A DNA stretch of 63,764 nt, filler included, from Octopus bimaculoides (GCF_001194135.2; 13 parts of 13 records of this genome joined end to end with filler, not necessarily neighbours in it); one strand, 5' to 3'. Numbered from the whole stretch's first letter, positions 10,166-23,180 are shown. Notes: generated from the letters alone by a model not told the origin. Numbers and translations: made by a program.

Positions 10166-10984
10166 ATTAGCGCGATCAACAAGTAACTTACAAGACAAGA
10201 GCTACTAACAGAATTTGGGTGCAATATTGAGAGAGGTGGCTTTGTGCTAGGCTAAAATACAGTAGAAAGACAGGAACAGGTGTCATGCAGTAGAAGAGGG
10301 AGATGAGGTGTTAGAGCACCCCCTCAAGATGGATAAAGAATATAGAAAGGGACCAACAATCAAGAATGGCACAGTAGGTAGGTTTACCAGAGAGATGTGG
10401 ATAGAGGTGGGGGTAGAGGTGAATGCAGTGAATGGTAAATATAGGTGAAGATGTGTTGAAGGTAAATCTCAGTTTGGGGGTGAAGGCAAAGGGAAATAAA
10501 AGTGGGTTAAGAAAGAGGGGGTGATAAGTAATAGTACATAAAGGGGAGGAGAAGAATTACAGTATAAAATCATAGACAGATGAAAAACAGGGAAACTATT
10601 TGAAGCATGGGGGAAGAGAGCTGATGCACAATAACAGAGACATACAGGGGTAGATACACTGAGTGAAGAAAAAGGTTGGGAAGATGTCAATGGCAAATAT
10701 GAGACTATATTCATGAGGAAGGGGCATTTAGTGAAAAGTATGTTCAAGGATGATGTTGAGAATGTGGGATGAGTAATAAGAGAATTGATACTAAGGAGAG
10801 GGATAGTTTGTAGAAGAAAAGTACGATAGAGTATGTGCAGTTTTGCTCTCATATAATTGCAACAGATAGTGCTGTAGTTAGAATAGTAAAGGAAGGATGT
10901 ATATTACAAAAATGAGTTGTGGGGAAGGCTTGACATGTATAGGGGAATTTTGGGGACATAGACAATATGCTTTTAGGACCATTT

Positions 10985-11340
10985 TTTTATGTAGATGGAT
11001 GGGCCTTCTCAAGCATTGGGGAATCACCAATCAAATATTGGTCCTTTGTTATCTCCTCCATGAGACTCACAACCTGAGGTTCATCTTTTGGTAAATTGTA
11101 CCATGTCTTCCTCTGTCTGCCCCTTCTGCAAGTTCCATCAACATTTAGCAACTGGCACTTCTTTATGCAGTGTCCTCATCCATATGCATCACATGCATCA
11201 CATGACCTTGCCCTCTCTCCTGCATGCTACAGCTAATGTCTCTTATACCCAATTTTTGTCCCAACTCATTTGCACTTACTTTTATGGTCACATTGATATT
11301 GCACATCCAGTGGAGCATGCTAGCTTCATTTCTTTCTAGT
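10985..11340 (-). mobile_element. RTE LINE ORF 3' end, degenerate
   Basis: Minus translation LERNEASMLHWMCNINV followed by decayed GRPRKTW-type C-terminus. Confidence 0.75.
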
Positions 11341-11936
11341 CTTCACAAATTCTATGCATTCACAGTCCACATTTCGCAACCAAGTAGCATTACCAAATAG
11401 CATTACTGTTCATACACAAGAATTATACAATCAGCCTTTCACTCTGAGAGGCCTTTTGTTACTAACACAAATAATAGCTGTCTGAACTTTCTCTGGTTGA
11501 TTTGTTTTCTAGAAATTATAGCATACTATCTTCCTGTGCTGCTAAATAGGTCACCTAGATAACAGAAAGTATCTACTATCTCTAAGATCCTCTTGGGTAT
11601 TGTATATGTGTGTATGAAGAACCATTATGTTACTGTAAAGAAATCTCCAATAGAAATGATTGCTACTTGTTTAAGATACAATATTAACAAGAAGATATTT
11701 CATCACAAATATATTGACATTTTAGTTTCTTAAACACTTCTTTCAACTATTAAATTAATTCAATCGTAAATAGTGATACACCAATGGAATAACATTGATA
11801 ACATTTAGCACGTTATATATATATATATATATATATNNNNNNNNNNNNNNNNNNNNNNNNNNNNNNNNNNNNNNNNNNNNTTAATTAATTAANNNNNNNN
11901 NNNNNNNNNNNNNNNNNNNNNNNNNNNNNNNNNNNN

Positions 11937-12760
11937 CAGCCAACATTGAGAATGTGTCTGAGACATCTCTGATGAAAGCGTTCAAGACCCCTACTTGACG
12001 TTTGTACCGAGTCCACGTCTCACATGAGTAGAGGAGCGATGTCAGTACACATGCACGGTACACAGCAACTTTTGTTTGCCTTGCGATGCCATGCTGGGAC
12101 CAGACACGAGTCTCAAGAGACCGGAAGGAATTAGTTGCTCTTTGCAGCCTGAAAGATATTTTCTTATCCAGGGAACAAAAACGGATGAGTGTGCTGCCCA
12201 GGTAGACAAACTTGTCTACTACTTTCAGAATTGTTCCTTCAACCTAGATAGCTGGTTTCACATATGGATTTCCTGGTGCAGGCTGGAACATTAGAACAGT
12301 CTTGTCCAGGCTAATGCCAAGTCCAAATGCCTTGCAAGAAGCAGAAATGCAATTCATGAGTATTTACATGTCAACCACTGTATGAGTGACTAAGTCACAG
12401 TCATCTGCATAAAGCAGGTCACGAATAATAGATTGGAGAACCTTTGAATTGGCAGCAAATCGGTGAAGATTAAAGAGGCGGCCAGAAGATCGATATCTGA
12501 CATATATTCCCACAGAGCTAACCTTAGCAAAAGCATGAGTAAGAGCAGCAGCAAAGTACAAAGAAAAGAGAGTTGGGGCAAGGATGTCACCCTGCTTGAC
12601 ACCATTCTCTACAGGAATGGGTCCCGCCATGCCACCACCAACATTGACCCAAGCCTCCATCCCATCATGAAATGATTTAATTACAGATACAAAGTGGTCC
12701 GGACATCCAAGTTTGCCAAGTATTTTCCATAGAAAAGCCCTATTTACAGCATCAAAGCGT
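11937..12760 (-). mobile_element. RTE-clade LINE reverse-transcriptase fragment
   Basis: GVKQGDILAPTLFSLYF, LLYADDCDLV, YRACVLTSLLYSCETW. Confidence 0.92.
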
Positions 12761-13577
12761 TTTTGGTCCCCCCGAGATTACTGATAGGACTTGCTTTCTA
12801 TATTGTGTCTATGTACAAGCTTTTTATCTCTCTATACTTTTTACTTAGATTTCTTATATATTTTTTACATATTTATAGAGATAATGTTTTGTATATTTTT
12901 CACACATATTTTTTCTTTATTCGCCCTTCCACCCTGCTTTTTTCCTGTGCGTCTATAGACGTGTACATGGAACCTTTTGTGCGCGCTTGTGGATGCGTGC
13001 GTGTGTACGGGTACGTGCGTATATAGACGTATGTGCGTGCATGCGAGAATATGCGCATATAGACGCGTTTTGCCCTTATAGCTTTTTCACACTTTTTCAC
13101 ACTTTTTCTGTATTTTGCTTTTAGCCCTGTTTTTTTCTTGGGCATGTGCGTATATTGACGTATGCATAAACCTTTTTTGCGCGCGTGTGTATGGGTGCGA
13201 GCGTGTTGCGCGCGCGTGTGTGTGTNNNNNNNNNNNNNNNNNNNNNNNNNNNNNNNNNNNNNNNNNNNNNNNNNNNNNNNNNNNNNNNNNNNNNNNNNNN
13301 NNATATATATATATGTTTTTTGGCGAATGTGTGGGTGAACATGTGTGTGTGTTTCAAGCGAGGGTAGATGACTATATATACATATAGGCGCATGTACGTG
13401 GGTGTGCGGACGCGCATGTGTATGTATGGATTGGTGCGCTTACGCGAATACTATGTACTTTTTTACTCCCTTACCTTNNNNNNNNNNNNNNNNNNNNNNN
13501 NNNNNNNNNNNNNNNNNNNNNTTAATTAATTAANNNNNNNNNNNNNNNNNNNNNNNNNNNNNNNNNNNNNNNNNNNN

Positions 13578-13611
<34 letters not shown>

Positions 13612-13624
13612 TTAACGTAGTGGT

Positions 13625-13968
13625 GGTGCAATGGCCCAGTGGTTCGCGCAGTAGACTCGCGGTCATAGGATCGCGGTATCGATTCCCACACTGAGCTTTG
13701 TGAATATTTATTGAGCGAAAACACTGAAAGCTCCACGAAGCTCTGGCAGAATGTGGTGACGAACCCTGCTGTACTCTTTCATCCACAACTTTCTCTCACT
13801 CCTCCTGTTTCTGTTGTACCTGTATCTCAAAGGGCCATCTTTGTCGCACTCTGTGTCACGCTGAATCTCGCAGAGAACTACGTTAAAGGTACACNNNNNN
13901 NNNNCTCTGTGTCACGCTGAATCTCGCAGAGAACTACGTTAAAGGTACACGTGTCTCTGGAATGCTCA
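13625..13968 (+). mobile_element. tRNA-derived SINE, family C (recognisable Pol III A and B boxes)
   Basis: A box TGGCCCAGTGG (13632-13642), B-box-like GGTATCGATTCCC (13675-13687); tRNA-like head followed by SINE body. Confidence 0.8.
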
Positions 13969-14299
13969 GAAACACGCACGTTAATTTCACGAGCAGGCTG
14001 TTCCGTTGATTGGTTCAATTGGTACCCTCGTCGACATGACCGACGGAATGCCGTAGATATATTTACGTACACACACACACTCACAGATACACGCATAAAC
14101 ACAGACACTGACTCCCACACACTGACGCGCGCGCGCGCACCCACACACATACACACGCACATACATATATATCTATATATATCTGCAGAATAGTCGGTCC
14201 AAACTTGAAGATTCTGTATGTTTCAGTTTTGATGCATTGGTTAACAGTTACCAACGTTGGAGAGCATGATGATTAAGGTTGTAATTGAGAAGAAGTTGG

Positions 14300-14451
14300 C
14301 TAACATGGTGGATTGGAAGCCTTCTGAATATTGGGAAGCGTTACCTACATCATCATGAATCACGCCGGATAGCAAAATGCCGACATCATGACGGTTCTGC
14401 TGAAAGGTCTTGCTGTAATGAAGACTGCGATGCCGGGGTCCGCAGGAAGGG
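14300..14451 (+). mobile_element. Possible decayed Tc1/mariner-superfamily transposase N-terminus
   Basis: MVDWKPSEYW followed, across frameshifts, by KRY..IIMNHAG.QNADIM; truncated by a gap; weak. Confidence 0.25.
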
Positions 14452-15470
14452 NNNNNNNNNNNNNNNNNNNNNNNNNNNNNNNNNNNNNNNNNNNNNNNNN
14501 NNNNNNNNNNNNNNNNNNNNNNNNNNNNNNNNNNNNNNNNNNNNNNNNNNNNNNNNNNNNNNNNNNNNNNNNNNNNNNNNNNNNNNNNNNNNNNNNNNNN
14601 NNNNNNNNNNNNNNNNNNNNNNNNNNNNNNNNNNNNNNNNNNNNNNNNNNNNNNNNNNNNNNNNNNNNNNNNNNNNNNNNNNNNNNNNNNNNNNNNNNNN
14701 NNNNNNNNNNNNNNNNNNNNNNNNNNNNNNNNNNNNNNNNNNNNNNNNNNNNNNNNNNNNNNNNNNNNNNNNNNNNNNNNNNNNNNNNNNNNNNNNNNNN
14801 NNNNNNNNNNNNNNNNNNNNNNNNNNNNNNNNNNNNNNNNNNNNNNNNNNNNNNNNNNNNNNNNNNNNNNNNNNNNNNNNNNNNNNNNNNNNNNNNNNNN
14901 NNNNNNNNNNNNNNNNNNNNNNNNNNNNNNNNNNNNNNNNNNNNNNNNNNNNNNNNNNNNNNNNNNNNNNNNNNNNNNNNNNNNNNNNNNNNNNNNNNNN
15001 NNNNNNNNNNNNNNNNNNNNNNNNNNNNNNNNNNNNNNNNNNNNNNNNNNNNNNNNNNNNNNNNNNNNNNNNNNNNNNNNNNNNNNNNNNNNNNNNNNNN
15101 TATATATATACATATATATACACACAAACATGTACACAAACACACACATACGTACTCTCTCTCTCTCTCTCTCTCTCACGCTCACACACACATGTATACA
15201 TATATATATGTATATCAAAATTCTGGTAAGCATTTGTAAATATCACAATTTTCTTCTATTTTGTTTTTCATATATAATTAAAAATAATGAGTATCTATAC
15301 TGATAGCAATAAACTTCAATAGGATATTCTAACTTTACTTTTGTAAATATATTACTACTTATAACACAGATAATATTTCGACATTAAATATACAGAATTA
15401 GTTATTCAATACATATACAGCCGGAAATAACAGCAATTGGTTTAAATACAATGACTATAAACAAAATACA

Positions 15471-15591
15471 TTTTTCTACTTTAGGCATAAGGCCCGACAT
15501 TTTAGGCGGATGGGTACCAATCGATTATATGGACCCCAGTAGCAACTGGTAGTTAATTTATCGACCCCGAAAGGATGAAAGGCAAAGTCGA
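15471..15591 (-). mobile_element. SINE family A, 3' half
   Basis: ACTGGTA.TTAATTTATCGACCCCGAAAGGATGAAAGGCAAAGTCGA. Confidence 0.85.
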
Positions 15592-15862
15592 NNNNNNNNN
15601 NNNNNNNNNNNNNNNNNNNNNNNNNNNNNNNNNNNTTAATTAATTAANNNNNNNNNNNNNNNNNNNNNNNNNNNNNNNNNNNNNNNNNNNNAGAGACAGC
15701 TGATGAAGGGATATTCCAAGTGGCTTTCCGTTTTCCTATGTGTTCATTCCGTTGTCTGTAGTTTATTGTTCTAACGTCCTGTACCCTGATATGCATCTAT
15801 ATACACATGTAGATGAAAGTATGTACATATATGTGTGTATACATGTATATATATATTCTTTG

Positions 15863-15899
<37 letters not shown>

Positions 15900-15944
15900 G
15901 TGTGTGTATCTATCTATCTACATACACACACACACACACACAAT

Positions 15945-16110
15945 AGGCTTCTTTCAGTTTCTGTTTACCAAATCCACTCACAAGGCTCTGATTGACTCAG
16001 GGCTATAGTAGAATATATTTGCCTGAGGTGCCATGCAGTGGGACTGAAACCCAAACCAGAACCATGTAGTTTGGAAGCAAACTTCTTATCGCATAGCCAC
16101 ACCTGAGCCT
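15945..16110 (-). mobile_element. tRNA-derived SINE, family B 5' half
   Basis: CAAATCCACTCACAAGGCT..GGCTATAGTAGAA..GTGCCATGCAGTGGGACTGAA shared with 32040-32395 and 39280-39680. Confidence 0.85.
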
Positions 16111-16269
16111 ATAAAACGTGACATGCTTGCATCATCTAGATCTCCCAAGTGGTCAACGATTCAAGTACCACCTAGGATCAACGTAGCTTAACTTTGACGA
16201 TTGAATGAGAACCAATGCATTGAACATGATATATGGCTGTCATATAGTTGACGTGCGACCTGAATAAAT

Positions 16270-16580
16270 TTATATGAAATATTTTTTATAAACAAACTCA
16301 GAGGTGGTATGGGCATGTGTTTGAGGAAGGGTGAAGAGCATGTTCTGAAGAGGGTGATTGAGTTTGAGGTAAATGGAGTGTGAAAGCGAGGTAGACCGAG
16401 GAAAAGGTGGAGAGGACAGGTGGAGGAGGAGATTGGGAGGGTTGGTTTGAGAAAGGAGGACGTCCAAAACCAGGCAAGATGGCGAGATAGTGTAAGGGCG
16501 GTTGCTATGGCAATGAGGTAGATCCAGCCACCCCAGTTAACGGGGACAAAACCTGGATTTAAAACACTGGATAAAAAAAA
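16270..16580 (+). mobile_element. RTE LINE 3' end
   Basis: VLKRVIEFEVNG..RGRPRKRWRGQVEEE..V..QARWR, followed by short 3' UTR and A-rich end. Confidence 0.8.
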
Positions 16581-17250
16581 CAAAAGAAAGAAAAGAAATG
16601 TTGAGTGAATTGGTGTTCCAAAAGCTATTAATTAACATTATCATAGATGATGACTGTTGTCAGGGATCTCTTAGCTTAATGATACAAAGTGCTCAGCCCT
16701 AATTTGTGAGGCACATGGTTCAGTTTTCTGTTGCAACTTAGACTAGACATACGACTACTCCCCTACTCCCTTCTACCAGCTGAGTGGATTGGAGCTAGGT
16801 GAAATGTGAAGTGTCTTGCTCAAGAACGCACTGCATTTGCATCATGTAGGAATTGAAACCACAATTTTACAATCATGGGTTCAACAACCTAACCATGAAT
16901 CCATACTCCTACACATACACGCACACTCTCACAACACAACCACACATGCACATACACATGCACACACAGCCACAACACAACCACACACATGCACACATAC
17001 ATACACACAGCCACACACACACACAAAGCTGTTTCAATGAGTCAGATTTGATACTTTACTCTCTGACCTCTGCCTATTATTTTATCTTATCTCATCTTTT
17101 GTTTTTTGCATCATTAAGATTATTTTATCTCAACTGGACGATCACTTCTGGCTGATATCGTTTCAATGGTTTCAGCTCAACATATTTATTTGTTTACTCA
17201 TTTAGTTTACACCATATCTTATCTAACTTCAAAATTAAATAGTTCTTTAC

Positions 17251-17316
17251 CTTGAACATTATCTAAACAGACTGGAATTTGGGCTGCTGATCTACAAATA
17301 AAGCTGATACAAGTTT
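17251..17316 (-). CDS. Candidate 66-bp upstream internal exon (phase 1 to phase 1) of the beta-lactamase-like gene
   Basis: Minus strand reads TTTTTTTTTATCAG | 66 nt | GTAAAG. One open frame (TCISFICRSAAQIPVCLDNVQ-G) ends in phase 1 and joins exon 7408 in frame. No transcript evidence; may be chance. Confidence 0.3.
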
Positions 17317-17404
17317 CTGATAAAAAAAAATGACATAAAAAAGCATGACATACAGTACATCATACTAGCTTTTGTCCTCTGACCATGGATTTCAATATTT
17401 TCAT

Positions 17405-17740
17405 TCATCATCATCATCATCATCATCATCATTATTTAGCATCCATTTTCCATGCTGGCATGGGTTGGATGGTTTGACTTGGAACTGCTAAGCCGGAGAG
17501 CTACACCAAGTTCCAGTCTGATTCTGGCTTGGTTTCTACGGCTAGATGCCCTTCCTAATGCCAACCACTCCAATAGTGTAGTGGGTGCTTTTAAATGTGT
17601 CATGGGTGCCTTCTATGTGTCACTGTCACAAGTGCCTTTTACACGTCTCCACCACAGGTGCCTTTTATGTTTCACTATCAAAGATGCCTCTGATGTGTCA
17701 CCATCAAGGGTGCCTTTTCTGTGTCGCTATCTCAAGTGCC
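17405..17740 (-). mobile_element. RTE 3' terminus with (GAT)n tail
   Basis: CCATTTTCCATGCTGGCATGGGTTGGATGG..GATGCCCTTCCTAATGCCAACCAC next to (CAT)n. Confidence 0.8.
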
Positions 17741-17776
17741 TTTTACGAGTTGACGACGACGATGATGACGACAACA

Positions 17777-17920
17777 TTGAAAGATACCTTAAGAATGAGA
17801 ACCCAGGTTCAAAATTTCCCCAAGACATCTGATGAAGGCTGGAGGGTATATCAGCCAAAACATTGTGTTAACAACAAACAAGATGAGGAGAAATATCCAT
17901 CAAAATGTAAATAATGTCCA
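17777..17920 (+). mobile_element. Second copy of the Penelope-like terminus, hammerhead decayed
   Basis: Aligns to 7738-7897; core reads CTGATGA A GGCTG..CAGCC AAAA CATT (two CG>CA changes). Confidence 0.7.
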
Positions 17921-18049
17921 TTGAAGATGACTCACTTTTTACATTTAAAACTATGTGTATGAGTATACAGTATACTGTATGAGTATGTGTATGAGTATAC
18001 AGTATTAAGCTTTCAATTTTTATGAAATTGTTTTGAAAAAAAAATTAAA

Positions 18050-18350
18050 GTGAAAACCAACCTTGGCAGGACTTGAACTCAGAATATAAAGGTTTGGATG
18101 AAATGCCACAAAGCATTTCTTCTTTGCCAATGCTCTAATGATTCTACTGATGTCTCAGGTAGGCACTAAACAAGCAATTTTAAGGTGAAAAGCTTCAGCA
18201 ACAGCATTGACTTCAGCACTTAAAGACTGGTTCTTTATTTTATGAAGGACAGAGGAATGAAAGACAAAATTGACTTTGGCAGCAGTTGAACCTAGAAGAC
18301 ATACTGCAAAGCAATTTTTTTTGCAAAGATTCTAACAATTCTGCAATCTC
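18050..18350 (-). mobile_element. Two degenerate SINE family A copies
   Basis: GACTTGAACTCAGAA and GAAAGACAAAATTGACTTTGGCAG..TTGAAC remnants. Confidence 0.55.
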
Positions 18351-19040
18351 CTTTGAACTAAAAATCCCACAGTGTGTTGTTAGCTACTCAATGTACATAG
18401 CTTTTTATTTTCCTCCATTTAATGCCATCAGGTATATATGAATGATATAAAAACTCTTTCTATTTCATAAAGATAATCTTCACCATTATATAAGTTATTT
18501 ATTTATCTATTGGAACAAATCTTTCTTTAAATCTATTCCTGCCATGTTTGGAGGCTAAACATGGTGGAATCTTTTGAAACGAAACTCCAAAGCGAAAAAC
18601 ACCAACAAAAAAGAAAAGAAAGCCATTCCTTTGATCCTGTTAATTGTTGCCCTGACACATGTACTTAACTTCACTGACTTTATTACCAAGGACATCCATG
18701 TTCTACAAACTCTAGAATGTTCTGTATTAACAATTTCCTGTTTTCTTATTCCAACACGTCCTTAAGTGTGGCACTCATGTTCTCCTTTCTAGCCCTCCTC
18801 TCCACCCCCGCTCTCTCTCTCCCTCACTCTTTCTTTCTCACTCTCTCTCTCTCTCTCATTGTTTCATTTGCTCTGTCATCTTTTCCTTTTCTTTTTCCTT
18901 CTCTTCTCTCATCTTTTCATTCTCCTGCTTCTTCTCTCTCACATCTTCTCTGTCTCCCTCTCCTGCTCTCTCTTTCTCTCTCTCTCTCTCTCATTTGCTC
19001 TTTAAACAAGCTACCTACCACACAGCCACTCCTGCACCTA

Positions 19041-19069
<29 letters not shown>

Positions 19070-19092
<23 letters not shown>

Positions 19093-19168
19093 TAAGAAGC
19101 TTGCTTCCTAACGAGATGGTTCCAGGTTCAGTCCCACTGTGTAGCATTTTGGGTAAGTGTCTTCTTTT
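19070..19168 (+). mobile_element. SINE family B head
   Basis: GTGTGGTAAGAAGCTTGCTTCC..GGTTCAGTCCCACTG..TTGGGTAAGTGTCTTCT. Confidence 0.75.
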
Positions 19169-19623
19169 TACACACACACGCACATACATACATGCCTGAT
19201 ATATATACAATCAACCAGACAGGGGGGAAAAAGAAACCAGAAAGAAGAGAAAACATTATCCTGATAGTCACAGACACATCATCAACTATGGCTGGTTCCA
19301 CATTTACTTTGCCTTACCTTCAACACCTCTCTCACCCTTTTCTCTATCTCTCTATCTACCTCCTACCTCCTCCCTCCCACTAGATTATCATCCTTGACCT
19401 TTACTCTCTCACTGCAGCGCCATTACAATTCCAACCCCCACCCACCACCACACACATACTCCTCTCGCTGTACCTCAGTTCACTCAACAAACTGCAGAGG
19501 CCACCAGAAAATGTCCTCCCCTCGTTTGTGAAATATTTCCTGTTGGCAGATGACTGTTGTGTGGTGTAGAGGACATTGGAATAAGAACACACACACCCGC
19601 ACACACATACACATCACCATCAC

Positions 19624-19658
<35 letters not shown>

Positions 19659-19659
19659 A

Positions 19660-19825
19660 GTTTTTTTTTCCATGCTGCCATAGGTTGGATGGTGTGACAG
19701 AAGCTGGCAAGGTCAGTGGGGAACATCAGGTTCCAGTCAGCTGTTTTGGCATGGTTTCTATAGCTGGATGCCTTTCCTACTGCCAACCTTTCTACAGAAT
19801 GTATTGGGTGCTTTTATGTGGTGCC
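19660..19825 (-). mobile_element. RTE 3' terminus with (GAT)n tail
   Basis: TTCCATGCTGCCATAGGTTGGATGG..CTGGATGCCTTTCCTACTGCCAACC. Confidence 0.75.
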
Positions 19826-21179
19826 ATATATATATATATATATATANNNNNNNNNNNNNNNNNNNNNNNNNNNNNNNNNNNNNNNNNNNNNNNNNNNNNN
19901 NNNNNNNNNNNNNNNNNNNNNNNNNNNNNNNNNNNNNNNNNNNNNNNNNNNNNNNNNNNNNNNNNNNNNNNNNNNNNNNTATATATATGGTACTTGTTAT
20001 GTATTTGACGAAGATGATGATGAAGATGATGATGATGATGACGATGATGATGATGAAGATGATGATGATGATGATGATGATGAATTGAAGAATTTAGTTT
20101 GCTGATGAGGATTTCTGAGTTCAAATCCCACTGGGTTTTTGGTATTGCATTTCATCTCTGAAAGCAAGCGAAAACAACAACAACAAAATAACAGTAACGC
20201 TAACAACAACAGCAATTTTAATGGTGATGGTGGTGGTGATGATGATGATGATGATGATAGTAAAGGAAATTAGTGAGAAAGAAAGGAAAAAAAGAAAGAA
20301 AGAATGTAAAGAGAATCCTATCAACTGGCAAGAAATGGTGATGTTTGAGGGTGGGTAGAGGTTAGGGTGGGCATCTGCCATCAATGCTAAGCTTTAAGTA
20401 TATAATATGTAGCATCTAGTAAGTAATAGGTGTCTGGTTACACTGGGTCTCTCTCTCTCTCTCCCTCTCTCTCTCCCTGCCTCTTAGATATGTTGATTTT
20501 TATATCATTCACTCTGGGTAGTTAACACAGGTGAATGCGGCTTGTAACGATACACACATAGTCACACACACAAACACACACAGACACACACACACATGTA
20601 TATTGTGAAACTGAATATAAATTCAAACATATTTGTGTATATATGGGTGTGTGGGTATGTGTGTGTGCGTGCACGTGCCTGTGTGTGTATCTGTGTATAT
20701 GTATGTGTATACATACAGGTATATAGATATATATACATGTCTATCTATATATATATGTATATATATCTACATGTATATGTGTGTGTATATATATATATAT
20801 ATGTGTGTGTATATATATNNNNNNNNNNNNNNNNNNNNNNNNNNNNNNNNNNNNNNNNNNNNTTAATTAATTAANNNNNNNNNNNNNNNNNNNNNNNNNN
20901 NNNNNNNNNNNNNNNNNNTATATATATATGCCAAGTTTTGTCGAACTACTGTTGTTGTGCTCAATATATTTTCTGAAGTGAAGCTATGAGTTTGTCTTGT
21001 AACTCGCGTCTCATGCCAGTGATATCATCAGGCGAAGCTACCAGTATCCCCTATTGTTTGTATATTTTTATCCGTTAATGTGTGTCGGTGATCTGATACT
21101 TTGGTTATTTCATATGTTGTGTATTGTAGCTATGATTTCGGTAGAAACATAACTATCGATAGTAAACAACAATGATATC

Positions 21180-22330
21180 ATATTGAACTGGACAAGTGGA
21201 ACACACTACATAGCCGGTTAGAAAAATGGATACCTAAATATAAATTCCATTCATCCGCCATCCACAATGAAGACACATTAATAAAGTCAGGAAAAGTATC
21301 TCGAATATTTCATCTGATAAGGATATCTTCGAACACGCAGCATCATTCTACAACGATGTTTTAGAATAAAGCAGACTTAAGGAAGAGCTGCAATCACTAG
21401 AAAACAACATAAACCGACGCTAAATGTAAAGCCAGGTAAAGAAACATCATCTGGTTCCACCAACCTTCTGCATGAATGTTGCAACTTACATAGCACGCAT
21501 CTTACTGTCATTAACCACCAAGTACTTTCCAACTGAGCAGAAGCGCCAAGAATTCTCGAATAACATAAAAAGAAAAACACCATGCAATCACGAAACAACA
21601 ATACACATGAGCGTACTTGTGCAGTTGTACAAGTTCTAAAACATGCGCGGATATTGCTGACAAAATAACATACATTCTTTTCTACTCTAGACACAAGGCC
21701 CATTATTTTTGGGGAGGAGGCCTGTCGATTATATCGACCTCAGTACGCAACTGGTACTTAATTTATCGACCCCTAGAGGATAAAAAGGCAAAGTTGACCT
21801 CGGCGAAATTTGAACTCAGAAGGTAACGAAAGATGAAATACCGCTAAGCATTTCGCCCGGCGTGCTAACGTTTCTGCCAGCTCGCCGCCTTTCAAAATAA
21901 CATAGATTAGTAAGCAGTAATTTCACAAGAATAATAAAGAGAAATAGGCTCGATAAGCACTATTGACAGATCCTATAAAGTTATATACATAGCGAATACA
22001 CATACATTCCAAACCATGACAAAAATGAACGTAACATACTCGTCAAAACATTCTCTGGAATTTAAATGAAAGCAACACCAACGCAAATATATAATGGAAT
22101 GTTATATACCATGTACCTTTATTTATAAATGGCTTTGGAACTTCCTTTCTCTGTACCAGAGAAAAATACCACAGAATCACGAAAGACACATGGTAAGCAA
22201 TAAAGAATGAAGTTATTATATGATATAATCACCAAAAGAAATTAATCTTTAAAAAATGGTCCCAATCCCAAAACGGAATAAAAGAAAATAGCCTACACTC
22301 ACATTTACATAGATACTTCACCACACACAC
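21180..22330 (+). mobile_element. Penelope-like retroelement, C-terminal half, degenerate, interrupted by a SINE
   Basis: SSDKDIFEHAASFYNDVL, RNIIWFHQP..MNVATYIAR..LL.L..KYFP and KH.WNLNESNTN..I.W..I..CTREKY resemble Penelope RT-thumb/GIY-YIG-side segments. Confidence 0.7.
21673..21892 (-). mobile_element. Full-length SINE family A with 12-bp target-site duplication
   Basis: CAAAATAACATA at 21661-21672 and 21893-21904; intact head GGCGGCGAGCTGGCAGAAACGTTAGC. Confidence 0.93.
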
Positions 22331-23149
22331 ACGCACATACATACATTTACTAATCATTTCCCAACAAAACTTGTGGCTAAACTAAAAACCAATTGTCAGT
22401 CGGCAAATCTCCATTGGGGTACTTTTTCCAGCTCTGTACGCTCTGAAGTCATCTACCCTGGAGGCTAACTTTGCCCTTCATTCTTCCGGGTCGATGAAAC
22501 GACGTACCAGTTTAATACTAGATTTGATGTAATCTACTTCTATCAACGCATCTGCCCTCGTGACTACATTTGCTGTCGCTATTCCTGATTACGCTTCTGC
22601 GCACTACTATTGTTGCCGCTGTTACTCTTCGCCACTTACTATTCTTTAGGTTACAAATTTATTGTTATACCTTTATTTTATGCGTTGTTTCTATATCTAA
22701 TTTACTCTTATGACTAATAATTAATCAATTAACTACTTAATTCATTAATTGACGTATCCATTCATTCTTTCATTGAATCAATCATTCATTCATTCTTTAT
22801 TCAATTATTCATTCAGCCTCTCTTTAATTTATCCATTTAATCCTTCAATCAAATGAATTATATTTATTATTACTTTCAGTTACAAATTTCAGTTTTTAAT
22901 ATTAGCTTCAACGCTATTTTTTGCTATAATTATTGTATTTACTAACATTAATTGATGCATTTTATTTTCTATATTATTTCTATATTCATTCATTATTTAT
23001 CTGTTTATTTATACTTATTTATCGTATATATTTATTATCTTGCTTCCAGTACGGTTTAGTTTTGTTATTTTATTTAACGCTTTTAAATATATATTTATTA
23101 TAATTTTTGTGATATTTCTATATTTATGAAATAATTTATATCCCATACG

Positions 23150-23180
<31 letters not shown>

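Noticed and set aside
13625-13690. tRNA gene
   Set aside because: tRNA-like head is followed by a SINE body and lacks a clean cloverleaf and terminator; treated as SINE.
13849-13950. Direct duplications flanking short N runs (also 62195-62302 and 63314-63417)
   Set aside because: Identical ~45-50-bp sequence on both sides of a 10-N gap is an unmerged contig overlap, not a biological duplication.
15692-15730. CTGATGAAGGGATATTCC as another hammerhead
   Set aside because: No GAAA after the short stem and no stem I/III pairing.
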